A stretch of DNA of 64,000 nucleotides from NCBI RefSeq assembly GCF_006345805.1, contig NC_043001.1:126232001-126296000 (forward strand). Direction: 5' to 3'. Source of the stretch: Octopus sinensis. Lineage: Eukaryota. Shown here piece by piece: positions 50,950 to 63,964 of this stretch. The position numbers and the translations under genes are program-made. Below the pieces are notes generated by a model. That model made no database searches, was not told where the DNA came from, and worked only from the letters and a program-made list of their open reading frames with translations. How positions within the stretch are numbered: the first letter of the stretch is position 1; each line of letters starts with the position of its first letter.

Positions 50950-52200
50950 GACGTTATATTCCGTTCAATACATTGTTGAGAAGCTATTGATTGGTTATTG
51001 ATATGTTATTAAAATGTTATTGATAGGTTATTGACAAGTTATCGAGAAATTATTGCCCAGTTAGGGCAAGTAATTGTCAAGATATTCCCAAGATATATGC
51101 ATAATAGTCAAGTTATCGCTAAACTGTAGACATAATTGTCAGGTTATTGCGAACTTACAGATATAACGGTTAAATTATGGACATAATTGTCAAGTAATTT
51201 ATCGAAAGTTTTTTAACGAGTTTACTAATTGGTAATTAAAAAGTTATTAATCAGTTATTAACTAATTAAAAACAATTACTGACAAGATATAAAATTTAAA
51301 AGACAGTCTGGTTTCAAATTTTGGCACAAGGCCTGCAATTTAGAGGAGAGGGTAAGTCGATTATATCGACCTCGGTGCAACTGGTACTTATTTTATCGGC
51401 CCCGAAAGAATAAAAGGTAAAGTCGACCGCGCGGGAATTTAAACTCAGAACGTAAGGGCGGACGAAATACCTATTTCTTTATTACCCACAAGGGGCTAAA
51501 CACAGAGAGCACAAACAAGGACTGACAAACGGATTAAGTCGATTACATCGACCCCCAGTACGTAACTGGTACTTAATTTATCGACCCCGAAAAAATGAAA
51601 GGCAAAGTCGACCTCGGCGGAATTTGAACTCAGAACGTAACGGCAGACGAAATACCGCTAAGCATTTCGCCTGGCATCCTAGCGATTCTGTCACCGCTAA
51701 GACAGGCTATTATTGAAAAGTGATTTGATTGATTGAAGGAGGTGGTTGGAAGCATTGTTACCGTATCGGACAAAAGGTTTAGCGACTTTTCTTCCGGCTC
51801 TTTACGTTCTGAGTTCAAACGCGGCTTAGGTCGACTTTGCTTTTCATTCTTTCGACTTCGATAAAATAAGTACCAGTCGAGTAGTGGAATCGATATAATC
51901 GACTTGCGCCGCCCCTCCCCCCTCAAAATTACTGGCCTTGCTCCAAAATAAGAAAGGATAATTGATAATTAATAAGTTGTTGTTAAGTTATAGACAGAAA
52001 TATAAAGTTATTGAAGTTTTATTGGTTGCTTTTTATATACAACTGATTGGTTATTTATTGGTTATAGACAAATTACGGACAGATTATTAATTGGTTATCG
52101 ATAAGTTGATTGGTTACGGACATATTACAAAAGATTTATTGGTAAGTTATTGACCTTTTATGGACAAGTTACGTTATCGATAATTCAATAAGCGGTTAAT
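50950..52200. repeat. Degenerate minisatellite of about 11 bp (GTTATTGACAA-like), split by SINE insertions at 51310-51955
   Basis: GTTATTGATAG GTTATTGACAA GTTATCGAGAA ATTATTGCCCA and similar units on both sides of the SINEs. Confidence 0.65.
51310..51955. mobile_element. Cluster of SINE family B-type copies (minus dimer at 51310-51700, older plus copy at 51770-51955)
   Basis: AAAGTCGACC.CGGCGGAATTTGAACTCAG domains. Confidence 0.85.
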
Positions 52201-52426
52201 TTATCTTTTATCCATTACCTGTTTCACTCACTGGGCTGCGGCTATGCTGGAGCAGCATATTGAAAGTCCTAGTCAAACAAATTGATGCCAGTATTTATTT
52301 TATGAAGTCTGATAATTATTGTATTGGTTCTTCTATCGAACCGCTTGTTTACAAGGACGTAAAAAACCCAACACCATTTGTCAAGTAGTGTGTATGGTGA
52401 GAAACACAAACACATGCACATATGAA

Positions 52427-52483
<57 letters not shown>

Positions 52484-52484
<1 letters not shown>

Positions 52485-53312
52485 GAGCGACGAAACCGTT
52501 CTGCACGCACTCGTGCAGTGTCCAACAATTTCCGACCTGTGGGCTTATGTCGAACAACTGCTGTCACGTGTGGGACGAGTCGGTTTATCAGCTGAGTCTA
52601 TCGTCAATATTGTCACGCCTCCTTCCTTCAAACGGGAAGGAAGAGCTATTTTCATCATCCTTGTGGCTATGGCGAAAGAATGTATCTGGTGGACGCATCT
52701 GAAAGGATTGGAGACAAACACTTTCCTCTCTGGTCAATCTCTCATTAACTTCTTCAAGTACCACTTAAAAGGAAAGTGAGAGTAGAGAGGCAAGTTTTGT
52801 CTAGCGAATGTTTTAAAAAAAGATGGGTGAATGTAGCAAGGATGGCACGTATGAATAACGAAGCCACCTTGAGCATAATCCTATGAACTCAGAAATTGAA
52901 AACAGAGGGTTACCCACTTGCAAACAAATGTGGTAACATATAACAATATTGACCGAGGTTACCGTGGTCTTTTTCGTAGGCTTTTCTTCCCACGGATAAA
53001 CCTTATCTGCTTCCCCCTTTACACCGTACATCATGACACTGTGATTCACGATCCCTATTGATCGTTTTTTTTCCTCTTCCCCTTTTTCCTCTTTTCTCTT
53101 CTTTTTCCTTTTTCTTTTCTTTTGTTTTTTTTCCTTTTTTCTTCCTTTTTTTTTCCTTTTTCCCTTTTACGATCCCTTTTGATCCAAAACCTACGTCACT
53201 TTTTTCTGTTTCTTTTTCTTTCGTTTTTTTAATTTTTTCATCCCCCAAAAGAAAAGCTCTACCTTGTAATTTGTCCCATCTGTGTGCAGCCCTGTGTGGC
53301 CAATAAAGAAAC

Positions 53313-53313
<1 letters not shown>
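52484..53313 (+). mobile_element. Tx1/L1-clade LINE 3' fragment inside (TATC)n
   Basis: SDETVLHALVQCP zinc-knuckle end, AMAKECIWW, one frameshift, stop at about 52886, a T-rich 3' UTR and AATAAAGAAACT. Confidence 0.8.
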
Positions 53314-53374
<61 letters not shown>

Positions 53375-53395
53375 GTCTATCTGTCTATCTATCTG

Positions 53396-53506
<111 letters not shown>

Positions 53507-53594
53507 ACATACATACATGCATACATACATACATACATACATACATACACATATACACACAGACCCACACACATATATATAACAGGCTTCCACA

Positions 53595-54015
53595 CGAGCT
53601 GGCAGAATCGTTAGCACGTTAGCACGCCGGACGAAATCTTTAGCAGTATTTCGTCTACCGTTACGTTCTGAGTTCAAATTCCGCCGAGGTCGACTTTGCC
53701 TTTCATCCTTTTCGGGGTCGATAAATTAAGTACCAGTTACGCACTGGGGTCGATATAATCGACTTAATCCGTTTGACTGTCCTTGTTTATCCTCTCTGTG
53801 TTTAGCCCCTTGTGGGTAGTAAAGAAATAGGTATTTCGTCTGTTTTTATGTTCTGAGTTCAAATTCCGCCGAGGTCGACTTTGCCTTTCATTCTATCGGG
53901 GTCGATAAATTAAGTACCAGTTACGCACTGGGGTCGATATAATCGACTTAATCCGTTTGTCTGTCCTTGTTTGTCCTCAATGTGTTTAGCCCCTTGTGGG
54001 TAGTAAAGAAATAGG
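53595..54015 (+). mobile_element. SINE family B, head plus two body units
   Basis: Junction AAAGAAATAG/GTATTTCGTC at about 53830. Confidence 0.9.
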
Positions 54016-55639
54016 CTTCCACACAATTACCGCCAATCAAATTCACTCACAAGGCATTGGTCGACCAAGGACTATAGTAGAAGACACTTGCCCAATCTAC
54101 CTAACAGTGGAACAGAATCCCAAACCACGTGGTTTCAAAGTGAGCTTCTTAACCACGTGATCATACATGTTCTTTTACACGTTTCTCACAAGTTACATGC
54201 TATGAGGTTATTACAGACTAATGTCCGTTGTTGACTAGTTATTAATATGTTACTGAGAGGCCAAATAATTGAGATGCCGATTAACGTACCGCAGAGTTTT
54301 TCAACCGAAGTTACCCGGAACTCTAAAGTTCCGCAAGAAGTCCGTAGGTGTTTCGCAAGAATTAATGATAATCAGGAAGATTATATATAAATGAATTTTT
54401 ACTCATATTTGTATTTAATTCTATACTTGTACGTAAGGCCTTGTGCTTTCAATTATTCTGTAGTTGATATTTTATAGTTAACAAATTTGTTTTTCTATTA
54501 TAATGGTCAGATAACAGCCCAAGAGTCGTTTCACATTTCATTTATCAGTAATCCTGAAAAAAGAGATATGGTTGTTAAATCTTGTCTTGAACTCGTAATT
54601 TTATTATACACACATAGCATATTTCAGAAGGTAGGGAAATCCTGCCATTTGCAGGTCGGAAAAAAAATGACCTTTTCAAATGAAGCTGTTGGGAAATTTG
54701 GCCTAAAGAAAGTCTTCATTAAGACGAAATTTCTTAAACCCTCTTCGTATGGTTTCTTGTATTTAGCACTGGCAACCTTTCAAAAGCAGTTTTTGAGTTT
54801 GTTTAATCCAACATGGAATTTATCTTTATGAAAGAGAAGGAAAAAATTAATAAAGATATACAAGATGTTTTATGTAAGGGTTCCTGAAATATAGAATACA
54901 TTTTAAAGGTTTCTCCAAGACTAAAAAAAGCTTGTATATGCTGGCGTGCAGGAAACTCGTAAAATTCTCTATAACTGTACCGTCACAATCATCATCAGAG
55001 CCACTATCGTTACGACCGCAATTACTATATATAATGATCAAAATCTTCATCATTCTTCTCTACCTTCTAATCATTACCGTCGTCACCTTCATCATCATCA
55101 TTATCCCGATACTATCTTTACCGTTTCCTTACAGTCATACGCATGAGGTTCATCGCGATCGTCATTAGTAAGATCATCATTATCGTTGTCATCTTCATTA
55201 CCACTATCGCCACCAACACCGCGACCATAACGATAACGATGAGACGACGACGACGACGACGAATACTAGCCACATCTCCAACAAGTACCATCCGAAATGT
55301 ACCCACTCCCTACATATGACCGCCAATGGCGAGTGAAGCCGCCCACCGGAAACTGCACCATCAAACTGTATGAGAACAGTTGATGAGGTGTTGTCAACCC
55401 GACTTCCAAAGTAGACTGGGAGAGGGAGGACACGAAATGGGGTGGCGAAAATAACAAGTATAGACTTCACATAGAAGTATACAATATAAGCGCGTACGCA
55501 CGCGTGCACGCACATACACATATAAATGAGCGAACACATACGGACGCACACATGGATACACAAACTCATACACACGAGCGTTCACGCATCCTCTTTGCAC
55601 AAATACTTCCGAACGCATTCGTAAACGTGTGTGCGTACT

Positions 55640-55950
55640 CTCTCTATCCGCTCAGTCGAAGTCGACTCTCGGTCACTCGTTGGATCAGTGTCCTCCAGTC
55701 AGTTCTATCCTGGGCCGCTTCCTTCAGATTGGCCATGTCCATTCCGGTATCACTCCTAATGGCGTCAAGCCAGCGGGTTCTTGGTCGGCCTCTTCCTCTC
55801 TCTTGCCACTGACCATTCCGAGCATGATGTCCTTCTCCAGGGATTCTCTCCGCATAATAAGACCGAAATATGTCAATCTACGCTTGGTGATCCCAGGTTC
55901 TCGCGACATCTTCGGCCTTATCTGCTTAAGAACTTCTCCATTGGTGAGCG
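55640..55950 (-). mobile_element. RTE-clade LINE 3' fragment
   Basis: EVLKQI...ITKRRLTYFGLIMRRESLEKDIMLGMVSG, then after a frameshift GRPRTRWLDAIRSDTG...AAQDRTDWRTL. Confidence 0.85.
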
Positions 55951-56214
55951 TACAAAAACACAAAAACACACGTACGCGAGCGCAGACTCCTCATAAACTC
56001 TACAAACCGTTTGTACTCTTTCTTTCTTTCTTTCTTTCTTTCTATGAATATCTCTCTGTCTGTCTGTCTGTCTGTCGGTCTCTGTCTGTCTCTCTCTCTC
56101 TAAAGCCGAAAGATTTTCAGTTATATTCTCTCGGTTTCTCTATGTGTATGTGTGTAAACATACATACGTACATACATACAAACATACATCAAAACGTGAC
56201 CGCATGTGTACCAT

Positions 56215-56400
56215 TGGCGATTCTTTTTCCTCTGTCTTCCCTTCTCTGAATCTTTCCTTCTCCTATGTTTCCGACGAAGAGCTCCGCTCGAAACGTTAAA
56301 CCCTCCTTCTTTCCTTCTTTTCTGAGCGTCCAATAATACTATATTTGTTCCACGTCCTCGCGTTGTTGTGTTTTCTCTTTGTGTTTTCATGTTTGGATTA
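56215..56400 (+). mobile_element. PLE terminal module family C with the best-preserved hammerhead-like motif
   Basis: GTTT-CCGACGA-A-GAGC-TCC-GCTC-GAAACGT-T-AAAC at 56267-56301. Confidence 0.75.
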
Positions 56401-56413
56401 ACTTTACATACAT

Positions 56414-56461
<48 letters not shown>

Positions 56462-56859
56462 GTGTGTGTAGCAAATAAGTAACAAGGATACCCAGGTATG
56501 AATGCGTTACGGCCGTTTAATCGATCCATTTAATCGATCAATGAAAACATGACATATATTTGAAACAAACCGCACTCCTCAGTAGCAGACAACCCTAGAG
56601 ATTTCCAATTTAAAAGAACTTTACTGTCAAATCCCAATGGATTTAACTCTGTATGCTGCATATAATCTTATAAATAGAATAAAATAACGATAAAGATAAA
56701 CGGTCACTCAAATAGCGCAAACCTCCGTCAAGGCAACACCAACGTCCTCTCAGCGTTTAGCCGAAGATAATTTTTAAAGAAAGAATATCTGAAATAAATT
56801 CGACTGCTCCTACGAACGAGAATACTAAAAATGAGCCCGACCGCTCTCAAAAATTAAGT

Positions 56860-57650
56860 AAAAAAATACTGGAAAAATAATCCAGAATCCTTGTCCGGTA
56901 TGTAATCCGTCCCAATGGTAGTCATGAAATGTGAAAGTGGGTGTGAGGGCCGCGTTTGTAATGCCGTGAGTGTGTCGCCTGCAGTGGGAACAGGGACAGT
57001 TTTCTCTATGAAAGCCTTTTTTAGTTTATCCACTGATATAGTGTCTACGACCATGAAGAACTACAGTAAAACATTTATCCGTGCGTGAAAAAAAACCCCG
57101 GAAAGGACCTGCATGCGGTGCTGTTAACGGAAGTTCAACAACATCGTTGCGCACAAAAATGCGAGTCCAAGAAGTAAAGCTTCCTTCAAGGCAGAGCTAG
57201 AAATGCAATAGTCAAGTAGGTAAGAGGTTTTAAACAAGAGTGATATATTCAAAATTGGTAAAACAAAAATTGTCGAGGATAAATTAAATGTATTATTGTT
57301 ACTGAAGTTAAATGTATTATTGTTACTGAAATTAAATGTATTATTGTTACTTTGGAAACAGCAACGCCGCTATAACTAACATGGAAACCAAAAGCGTGCT
57401 TTCAAGGGAGATAATCAGAGAAAGACTTGAAAGTCAACATAAGATCGTAATACTTCATGTCAAGTAAATATAACAAATAATCCAGAATCCTTGTCCAGTG
57501 TCGGATCGATCCCAAAATCTAATCAGTTCGTGCCTGTCACAAGGCAAAACATCTCTCTAAGTTTCATTCGAATCCATCCAACGGTTCCACGGACAAACAA
57601 ACAAACACGACTGAAACATTACCTCCGCCTTCACTAAGACGGAGCTAATT
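56860..57650 (+). mobile_element. Helitron/Helentron-like non-autonomous element (tentative)
   Basis: Repeated AAATAATCCAGAATCCTTGTCC block (56875, 57476) and a 3' hairpin CTCCGCC-TTCACTAA-GACGGAG followed by TAAT. Confidence 0.45.
57279..57351. repeat. 24-bp tandem repeat, 3 copies
   Basis: GAAATTAAATGTATTATTGTTACT units. Confidence 0.85.
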
Positions 57651-58453
57651 AACTGTCCCACCATTCCCTTTTCTCGACGCCCAATATTTTCCTTTGCTAC
57701 TCTCTTAATTATAGAAAGAAGACTAGATATACATTATCCCCTAAATTCATTTTGCCACAAATATAGCAAAACGAAACAATGTAATTATTTTGGTTTCTAA
57801 TACTGATGTAAACTGATTTTAAAAATGGTTTATCACATCTATTGGTAATCTATAGGCTCGTCTGCTTCTGAGGAGAGCGGTTTCTTTCAAATTGATGCAA
57901 TGTTTTTATTGATCGATTAAATGGACCTGCTTGAAATGACCTTAATGCATTGATACCTGGAAATCCTTCTTACTTATTTGTTTTTTATTCACCTAATTTG
58001 TCGTTAGCCAATTGAAGATGTCTTCTTGGGGCTATAGACAATAGTAGCATCGTTCCATATGGGTCAGCCAAATTTAGGTGGAAAATATACTTCGCGATAT
58101 ATATATATATATATATAAATGCACACACACACATACACATACACATACACACACACATACACACATATACATTATGTTGCAAAATAGGAAAAACGGTTAG
58201 CGCTCCCGTTGACAAGAACGGAAGAGACCAATTGATCTTTCTAACACATATGAGTATTGTTCTCTACTTTAGAGCAACATAGCTGTGAGGCAAGAAGCTA
58301 GTTTTCCAGCCACATAGTTCCGGGTGCAGTCTCCCTACGTGGCACCTAAGGCAAGTGTCTTCTAAGGCAAGTGTCTCGGGCCGACCAAAGTTTCGTGAGC
58401 TGATATGGTAGACGGAAACTCAAAGAAGCCCGATGTATATGTATGTATATATT

Positions 58454-58501
<48 letters not shown>

Positions 58502-58844
58502 TATGTATATGTATGTATATATATATATATATTATATATATATATATATATATACATATATATAAATTACGGTTGACCTTTTGGCCTTTGGCCGATAACT
58601 GACGAGGATTTGGTAACTTTCTGTACTGTTCCCGTTTGTGCATTTATATTGTTTTTATTTTATATATATATATAATACATATACGCACCCACGCACACAC
58701 GTACACACACATATATGTACACACACGCACGCATGTATACAGACACACATAAATGCGCACTCACATATATATACAGACAGAAAGACATAGATAGATAGAT
58801 AGATAGATAGATAGAGAGAGCGAGAGAGAGAGAGAGAGAGAGAG

Positions 58845-59141
58845 AAATAAATAAATATCTTCTCTATCTAATCTGTCTCCCTTGCTCTGTTTCTGTTTCT
58901 CTACCTTCTCTTTCATCCTCTCATTCCTCAACTTGCAAACTAACTACCATTTATAGTCTCTTAGCAACCGAAAACATTTCAACAACAAACGGTGCCAGCA
59001 GACGACACCGTTGTTTCAGAGCTTAGCACTTTCTTAAGTAGTTTGAACAAAAGGTTATTAAAGGGATCAAATATACAAAGATAGTAAGGAGGGGGGGCGC
59101 ATATAGGAAAGGGGATATATATAACGAAGAAGACAATGCAC

Positions 59142-59172
<31 letters not shown>

Positions 59173-59490
59173 AGAGATAAATATCTTCTCTATTTAATCT
59201 GTCTCCCTTGCTCTCTTTCTGTTTCTCTACCCTTCTCTTTCATCCTCTCATTCCTCAACTTGCAAACTACCATTTATAGTCTCTTAGCAACCGGAAAACA
59301 TTTCAACAACAAACGGTGCCAAGCAGACGACACCGTTGTTTCAGAGCTTAGCACTTTCTTAAGTAGTTTGAACAAAAGGTTATTAACAAGGGATCAAATA
59401 TACAACGATAGTAAGGAGGGGGGGCGCATATAGGAAAGGGGATATATATAACGAAGAAGACAAATGCACAGAGAGAGAGAGAGAGAGAAA
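58845..59490. repeat. Tandem duplication of about 326 bp bounded by (GA)n
   Basis: ATAAATATCTTCTC at 58851 and 59177. The copies differ mostly by 1-4 nt indels. Confidence 0.92.
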
Positions 59491-59749
59491 GAGGAAGTAG
59501 TAGGGAGTTGAAGAGCGCATGGTGGTTTTATGATGGGATCAAAGGGCGACAAAAATAATGCAGAGGCAGAATCATTAGAAGTGTCTCTGCACCCCGACAT
59601 CCACGGGTTTGCGTGTATGTTTGTATATGTGTGCATATGTGTTTGTGTGTGTATGCGTGTATGTGTGTGTCTGTTTGTGTGCTTCTCTGTATATGTGTGT
59701 GTGTGAGTGCATGTGTGTGACTGCCTGAGCGTGTTTTTGAAATCTTTTT

Positions 59750-60675
59750 TCTCTTTTACTTGTTTCAGTCAGTCAGTCAGTCATTAGACTGCGGCCATGC
59801 TGGAGCACCGCCTTTTAGTCGAACAAACCGAACCCAGGAATTATTCTCTGTAAGTCTAGTACTTATTCTATCGGTCTCTTTTGTCGTACCGCTAAGTTAC
59901 AGGATCGTAAACACACCAGCGTCGGATGTCAAGCGATGGCGGAGAGACAAACACAGACACACAAATACATATATACATACATACATACATACATACATAC
60001 ATACATACATACATACATACATACATACATACATACATACATGGATATATATATATATATATAGGCGCAGGAGTGGCTGTGTGGTAAATAGCTTGCTTAC
60101 CAGCCACATGGTTCCGGGTTCAGTCCAACTGCGTGGCATCATGGGCAAGTGTCTTCTGCTATAGCCCCGGGCCGACCAATGCCTTGTGAGTGGATTTGGT
60201 AGACGGAAATATATATATATATGTATGTGTGTGTGTGTGTGTCTGTGTTTGTCCCCCTAGCATTGCTTGACAACCGATGCTGGTGTGTTTACGTCCCCGT
60301 CACTTAGCGGCTTGGCAAAAGAGACCGATAGAATAAGTACTGAGCTTACAAAGAATAAGTCCCGGGGTCGATTTGCTCGACTAAAGGCGGTGCTCCAGCA
60401 TGGCCGCAGTCAAATGACTGAAACAAATAAAAGAGTAAAAAAAAATATATATATATATATATGTACGACGGGCTTCTTTCAGTTTCCGTCTACCAAATCC
60501 ACTCACAAGGCTTTGGTCGGCTCTAGGCTATAGCAGAAGACACTTGCTCAAGATGCCACTGCGTGGTAAGTGTCTTCTGAACCCAGAACATGTGGTTGGG
60601 TCCAACCCGCATTTTGAACCCGGAACCATGTGGTTGGGAAGCAAGATTCTTACCGCACAGCCACTCCTGCGCCTA
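59750..60675. mobile_element. Nested family A SINEs: a plus copy (60063-60440) inside a split minus copy
   Basis: Minus tail at 59755-59960 and minus head at 60465-60675, with a plus copy between them. Confidence 0.85.
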
Positions 60676-61317
60676 TTGTGCAGTAACTTGCAGGAAATTA
60701 ATTATGATGCCCAACATGCATTTCATCACACATGCGCTGGCGCACACACAAACACTTACACGCACGCACGCACACATACACATTTATGCACGCACGCACA
60801 TGCACACGCCTACACTTTTAGAAGTACTTGACAGTTACCCATCATATTACAGATACCTGTGAAAGTATAATTTTGCCACCACAGGTAATATCAAGAAATA
60901 AGGCATACATACAGTAATTAGAGTTAAACTTTTATCTCATCTCCTCGTGCATTCATGCTTATATAAAATGAAGACACGAATGTTAATTTCCAAAACAAAA
61001 ATAATTATCACCTTAAAATATATTAAGCAAATTTCTTATTTGTATAACTTGCAATATTAGGCTTTAGATAATAAGTTCTGGAGTTGATTTGTTCCACTAA
61101 AACCCTTCAAGGCAGTACTCCAGTATGGCTGCACTCATATAACTGAAACAAGCATAGGAATATATATATATATATATATAAGCATAGGAATATATATATA
61201 TAAGACACTCTCTTATATTTGTGTATTAATTTTTATTGTATCCCTGGTTTTTATGCGCTAAACCACTTGGTGTTAAATTGATGGTATTATTAAAATAATA
61301 TCCAATTTTTTCACCCT

Positions 61318-61356
<39 letters not shown>

Positions 61357-61759
61357 CATTACAGATATAGGGTAAAGAATTATCAATTTAATAATTAATA
61401 AATTTTACCAAGTAGTTTCGGTATGGAAAAAAGCCCTTATCGGTAAAAACTTATACAAAAAGTTTGTAATTATAAATATATTTAACGGTTTAGCAGCAAG
61501 TTGCTTCACCACATACCGAGAATTTAGAAATAGCAGTCAAAGACAGCTAAATATTTTAACTACAAATATGACTCCACAGATAGCAATATTTGTAACTCAC
61601 ATAGGCAAAAAGAAGAAGAAATAACGAAATCAAATAGTCTACGATTAATTATGTACGCGTTTCGGTATTAGAAATATAAAATTAATTTCCTTCATATATG
61701 CATATATACATATGCATATATGGGTGCAGGACGTCACCCATATATGGGCATGCAGTTCT

Positions 61760-62425
61760 CTGGATATGATTAGAAAGATACAGGGGTGCTAGTAAGAAAT
61801 TAGATAACATTATACGTAATGATGCCTGCCCTAGATATACCTGCTAGTGATACCTGCCCTAGATATAGAAACAAAACTGGAATAGAATACAAAGAACTTG
61901 TGACAAAGCAAACAGGGCGAACACATGGTATAAAACCAACAAACAACAAGATATGTTGTTTGTAGAGGCCACAGTCCACGGAGAACTAATCCGTAGATTT
62001 AGGAAACATCTGAAGGAGTCCAAACTCAACATTAAAATTGTTGAAAAGCCAGGAAAATCCGTCAGATCACAACTATGTAGGACATGCCCCTTTGAGAATA
62101 CCATATGTACCAATGATAACTGCATGACATGTAGGATTATCCCTGGCATTAACTATAGAACTCGAAATGTAGTTTACAGCATAAGATGCATAGAAGGTGC
62201 TTGTAAAGACATGAACATGACATGCATAGGAGCATTGCAGAACGACTAAGTGAACATTTGAGACAATACGACGACAAAAACAGTCCTCCATACTCTACCA
62301 ACATGCAAATGACCAACATGGAGGTAACCTTATCCAAGCACCCAAAGGATCCAACACCCAGACAAATATGGGAGTACGTCCTCATAAATAAAACTTCTCC
62401 TATACTAAATAGGAAATATTCATAG
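61760..62425 (+). mobile_element. Penelope-like element, Neptune-type 3' fragment with a GIY-YIG remnant
   Basis: TWYK...LFVEAT.HGEL...KIVEKPGKS...CPF...C..C...NVVYSIRC, followed by RSIAERLSEH...EYVLI...P.LN. Confidence 0.8.
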
Positions 62426-62651
62426 TAGATATCATACCCCCATACACACAGTTTACACAGGTAGATTAGAATAGTTAGTGGGATGTTATGTAGAGAGATG
62501 TATGTATGTATGTATGTATGTATGTATGTATGTATGTATGTATGTATGTATGTATGTATGTATGTATGTATGTATGTGGGGGGTGTATGTATATATATAT
62601 ATATATATATATATAGGTGAGAAAGTTGGTGTGTGAAAGCACGTGGTTGGA

Positions 62652-62940
62652 TATATAGAACATAGAAAAGAGTGAAAAAGCTACAGAAGGCTTGTTTTAT
62701 AAGGTTAAAGAATATATTTAAGTCGTTATGTTAGAAGAATGTTATAAAATTTTGCATATAGTAACATAGTTTTGGGAGAAATTTGAAAAGTTAACACGAA
62801 ACCGGTAATTTTTCCAAAAACTCTGTTACTCTATGCAAAATTTTATAACATTCTTCTAACATAACGACTTAAATATATTCTTTAACCTTATAAAACAAGC
62901 CTTCTGTAGTTTTTTCACTCTTTTCTATTTTCTATATATA
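62652..62940. repeat. Near-perfect inverted repeat of about 130 bp with a loop of about 22 nt
   Basis: AGAAGGCTTGTTTTATAAGGTTAAAGAATATATTTAAGTCGTTATGTTAGAAGAATGTTATAAAATTTTGCATA and its exact reverse complement. Confidence 0.93.
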
Positions 62941-62951
62941 TATATATATAA

Positions 62952-62990
<39 letters not shown>

Positions 62991-63502
62991 TGTGCGTGTG
63001 TGAATGTGTGTGTGTGCGTGTGTAGTTAGATGTATGCATGTGTGTGCGGGTGGGTGTATGAATATATATATGTATATCCACATGTATGTAAGCATATGGA
63101 TATGAATATAAACGGATCAACATACAGACGGATAGTTACGTAGGTTATAAGAACAAACAAGCACACATACGCAAATGAGGAATGAAACACCTGACCATAT
63201 ATACACACATAAATAGAAACATATGCACACACACATACGTGCATACGCACACATGCATACATACATTCATACATACATGCATGCATGTATAGGCAAGCAC
63301 ACACACACACTGATCCATACACATGCGCACAAACAGACAGAAAGGAACGCAGTTGAGTAACGGACAGAGGCAAAACTATTGGAAAGGTTGCAAGACGCAA
63401 CGAAAATTTTAGAAAAATAAAAAAGAAATAAGTGGACATTTTACCGGTTAGTGTGTTAAATTATAAGGCACCAAAAGAAAATAACTCTCCCCAGACACAA
63501 CA

Positions 63503-63556
<54 letters not shown>

Positions 63557-63557
63557 A

Positions 63558-63963
63558 TCTATATATATAAAGCTATATATATAAAGTTGTCTGTGTGTGT
63601 GGCAGGTTTGGTACCCTTCAACTAACACTATCTTCTCCGAGACCCTGCGGCGCAAGTTGACCAAAATTGAGAGTATGATAGAAGAATGCTTGCTCTTCAT
63701 TCCGTAGAAGAAAAAAATTCAAATCGGACCATGTTAAGACCAAAATTTATTTACATCAAAAAGGTGCTTTTTTTCTATGAAAATCCCTATTTTTAAAGAT
63801 ATTTTGGCTGCTGTGTCGCCACTTTTCGGTGTATTTCAACCAGAAAAATGTTCACTTAAAGAGAATAACAAGCTACATAATGCAAAATTTTTACTTTTAA
63901 AAGATTCAAATTTTAAAGGGTGGAACAGAAAACAAACCCGAGCAACGCCGGGCTATACTGCTA

Positions 63964-63964
<1 letters not shown>
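63558..63964 (+). mobile_element. Non-autonomous Helitron
   Basis: A/TCTATATATATAAAG 5' end, CCCGAGCAACGCCGGG hairpin 8 nt before CTAG/T. Confidence 0.85.

Noticed and set aside
54487-54831. 114-aa ORF
   Set aside because: No start context, motif or splice support; compatible with chance in AT-rich DNA.
61400-61700. Two hammerhead-like remnants on the minus strand (CCGATAA...GAAAC; TGAAGG...CCGAAACGCGTA)
   Set aside because: The catalytic cores are broken. They are consistent with decayed PLE termini but not callable as ribozymes.
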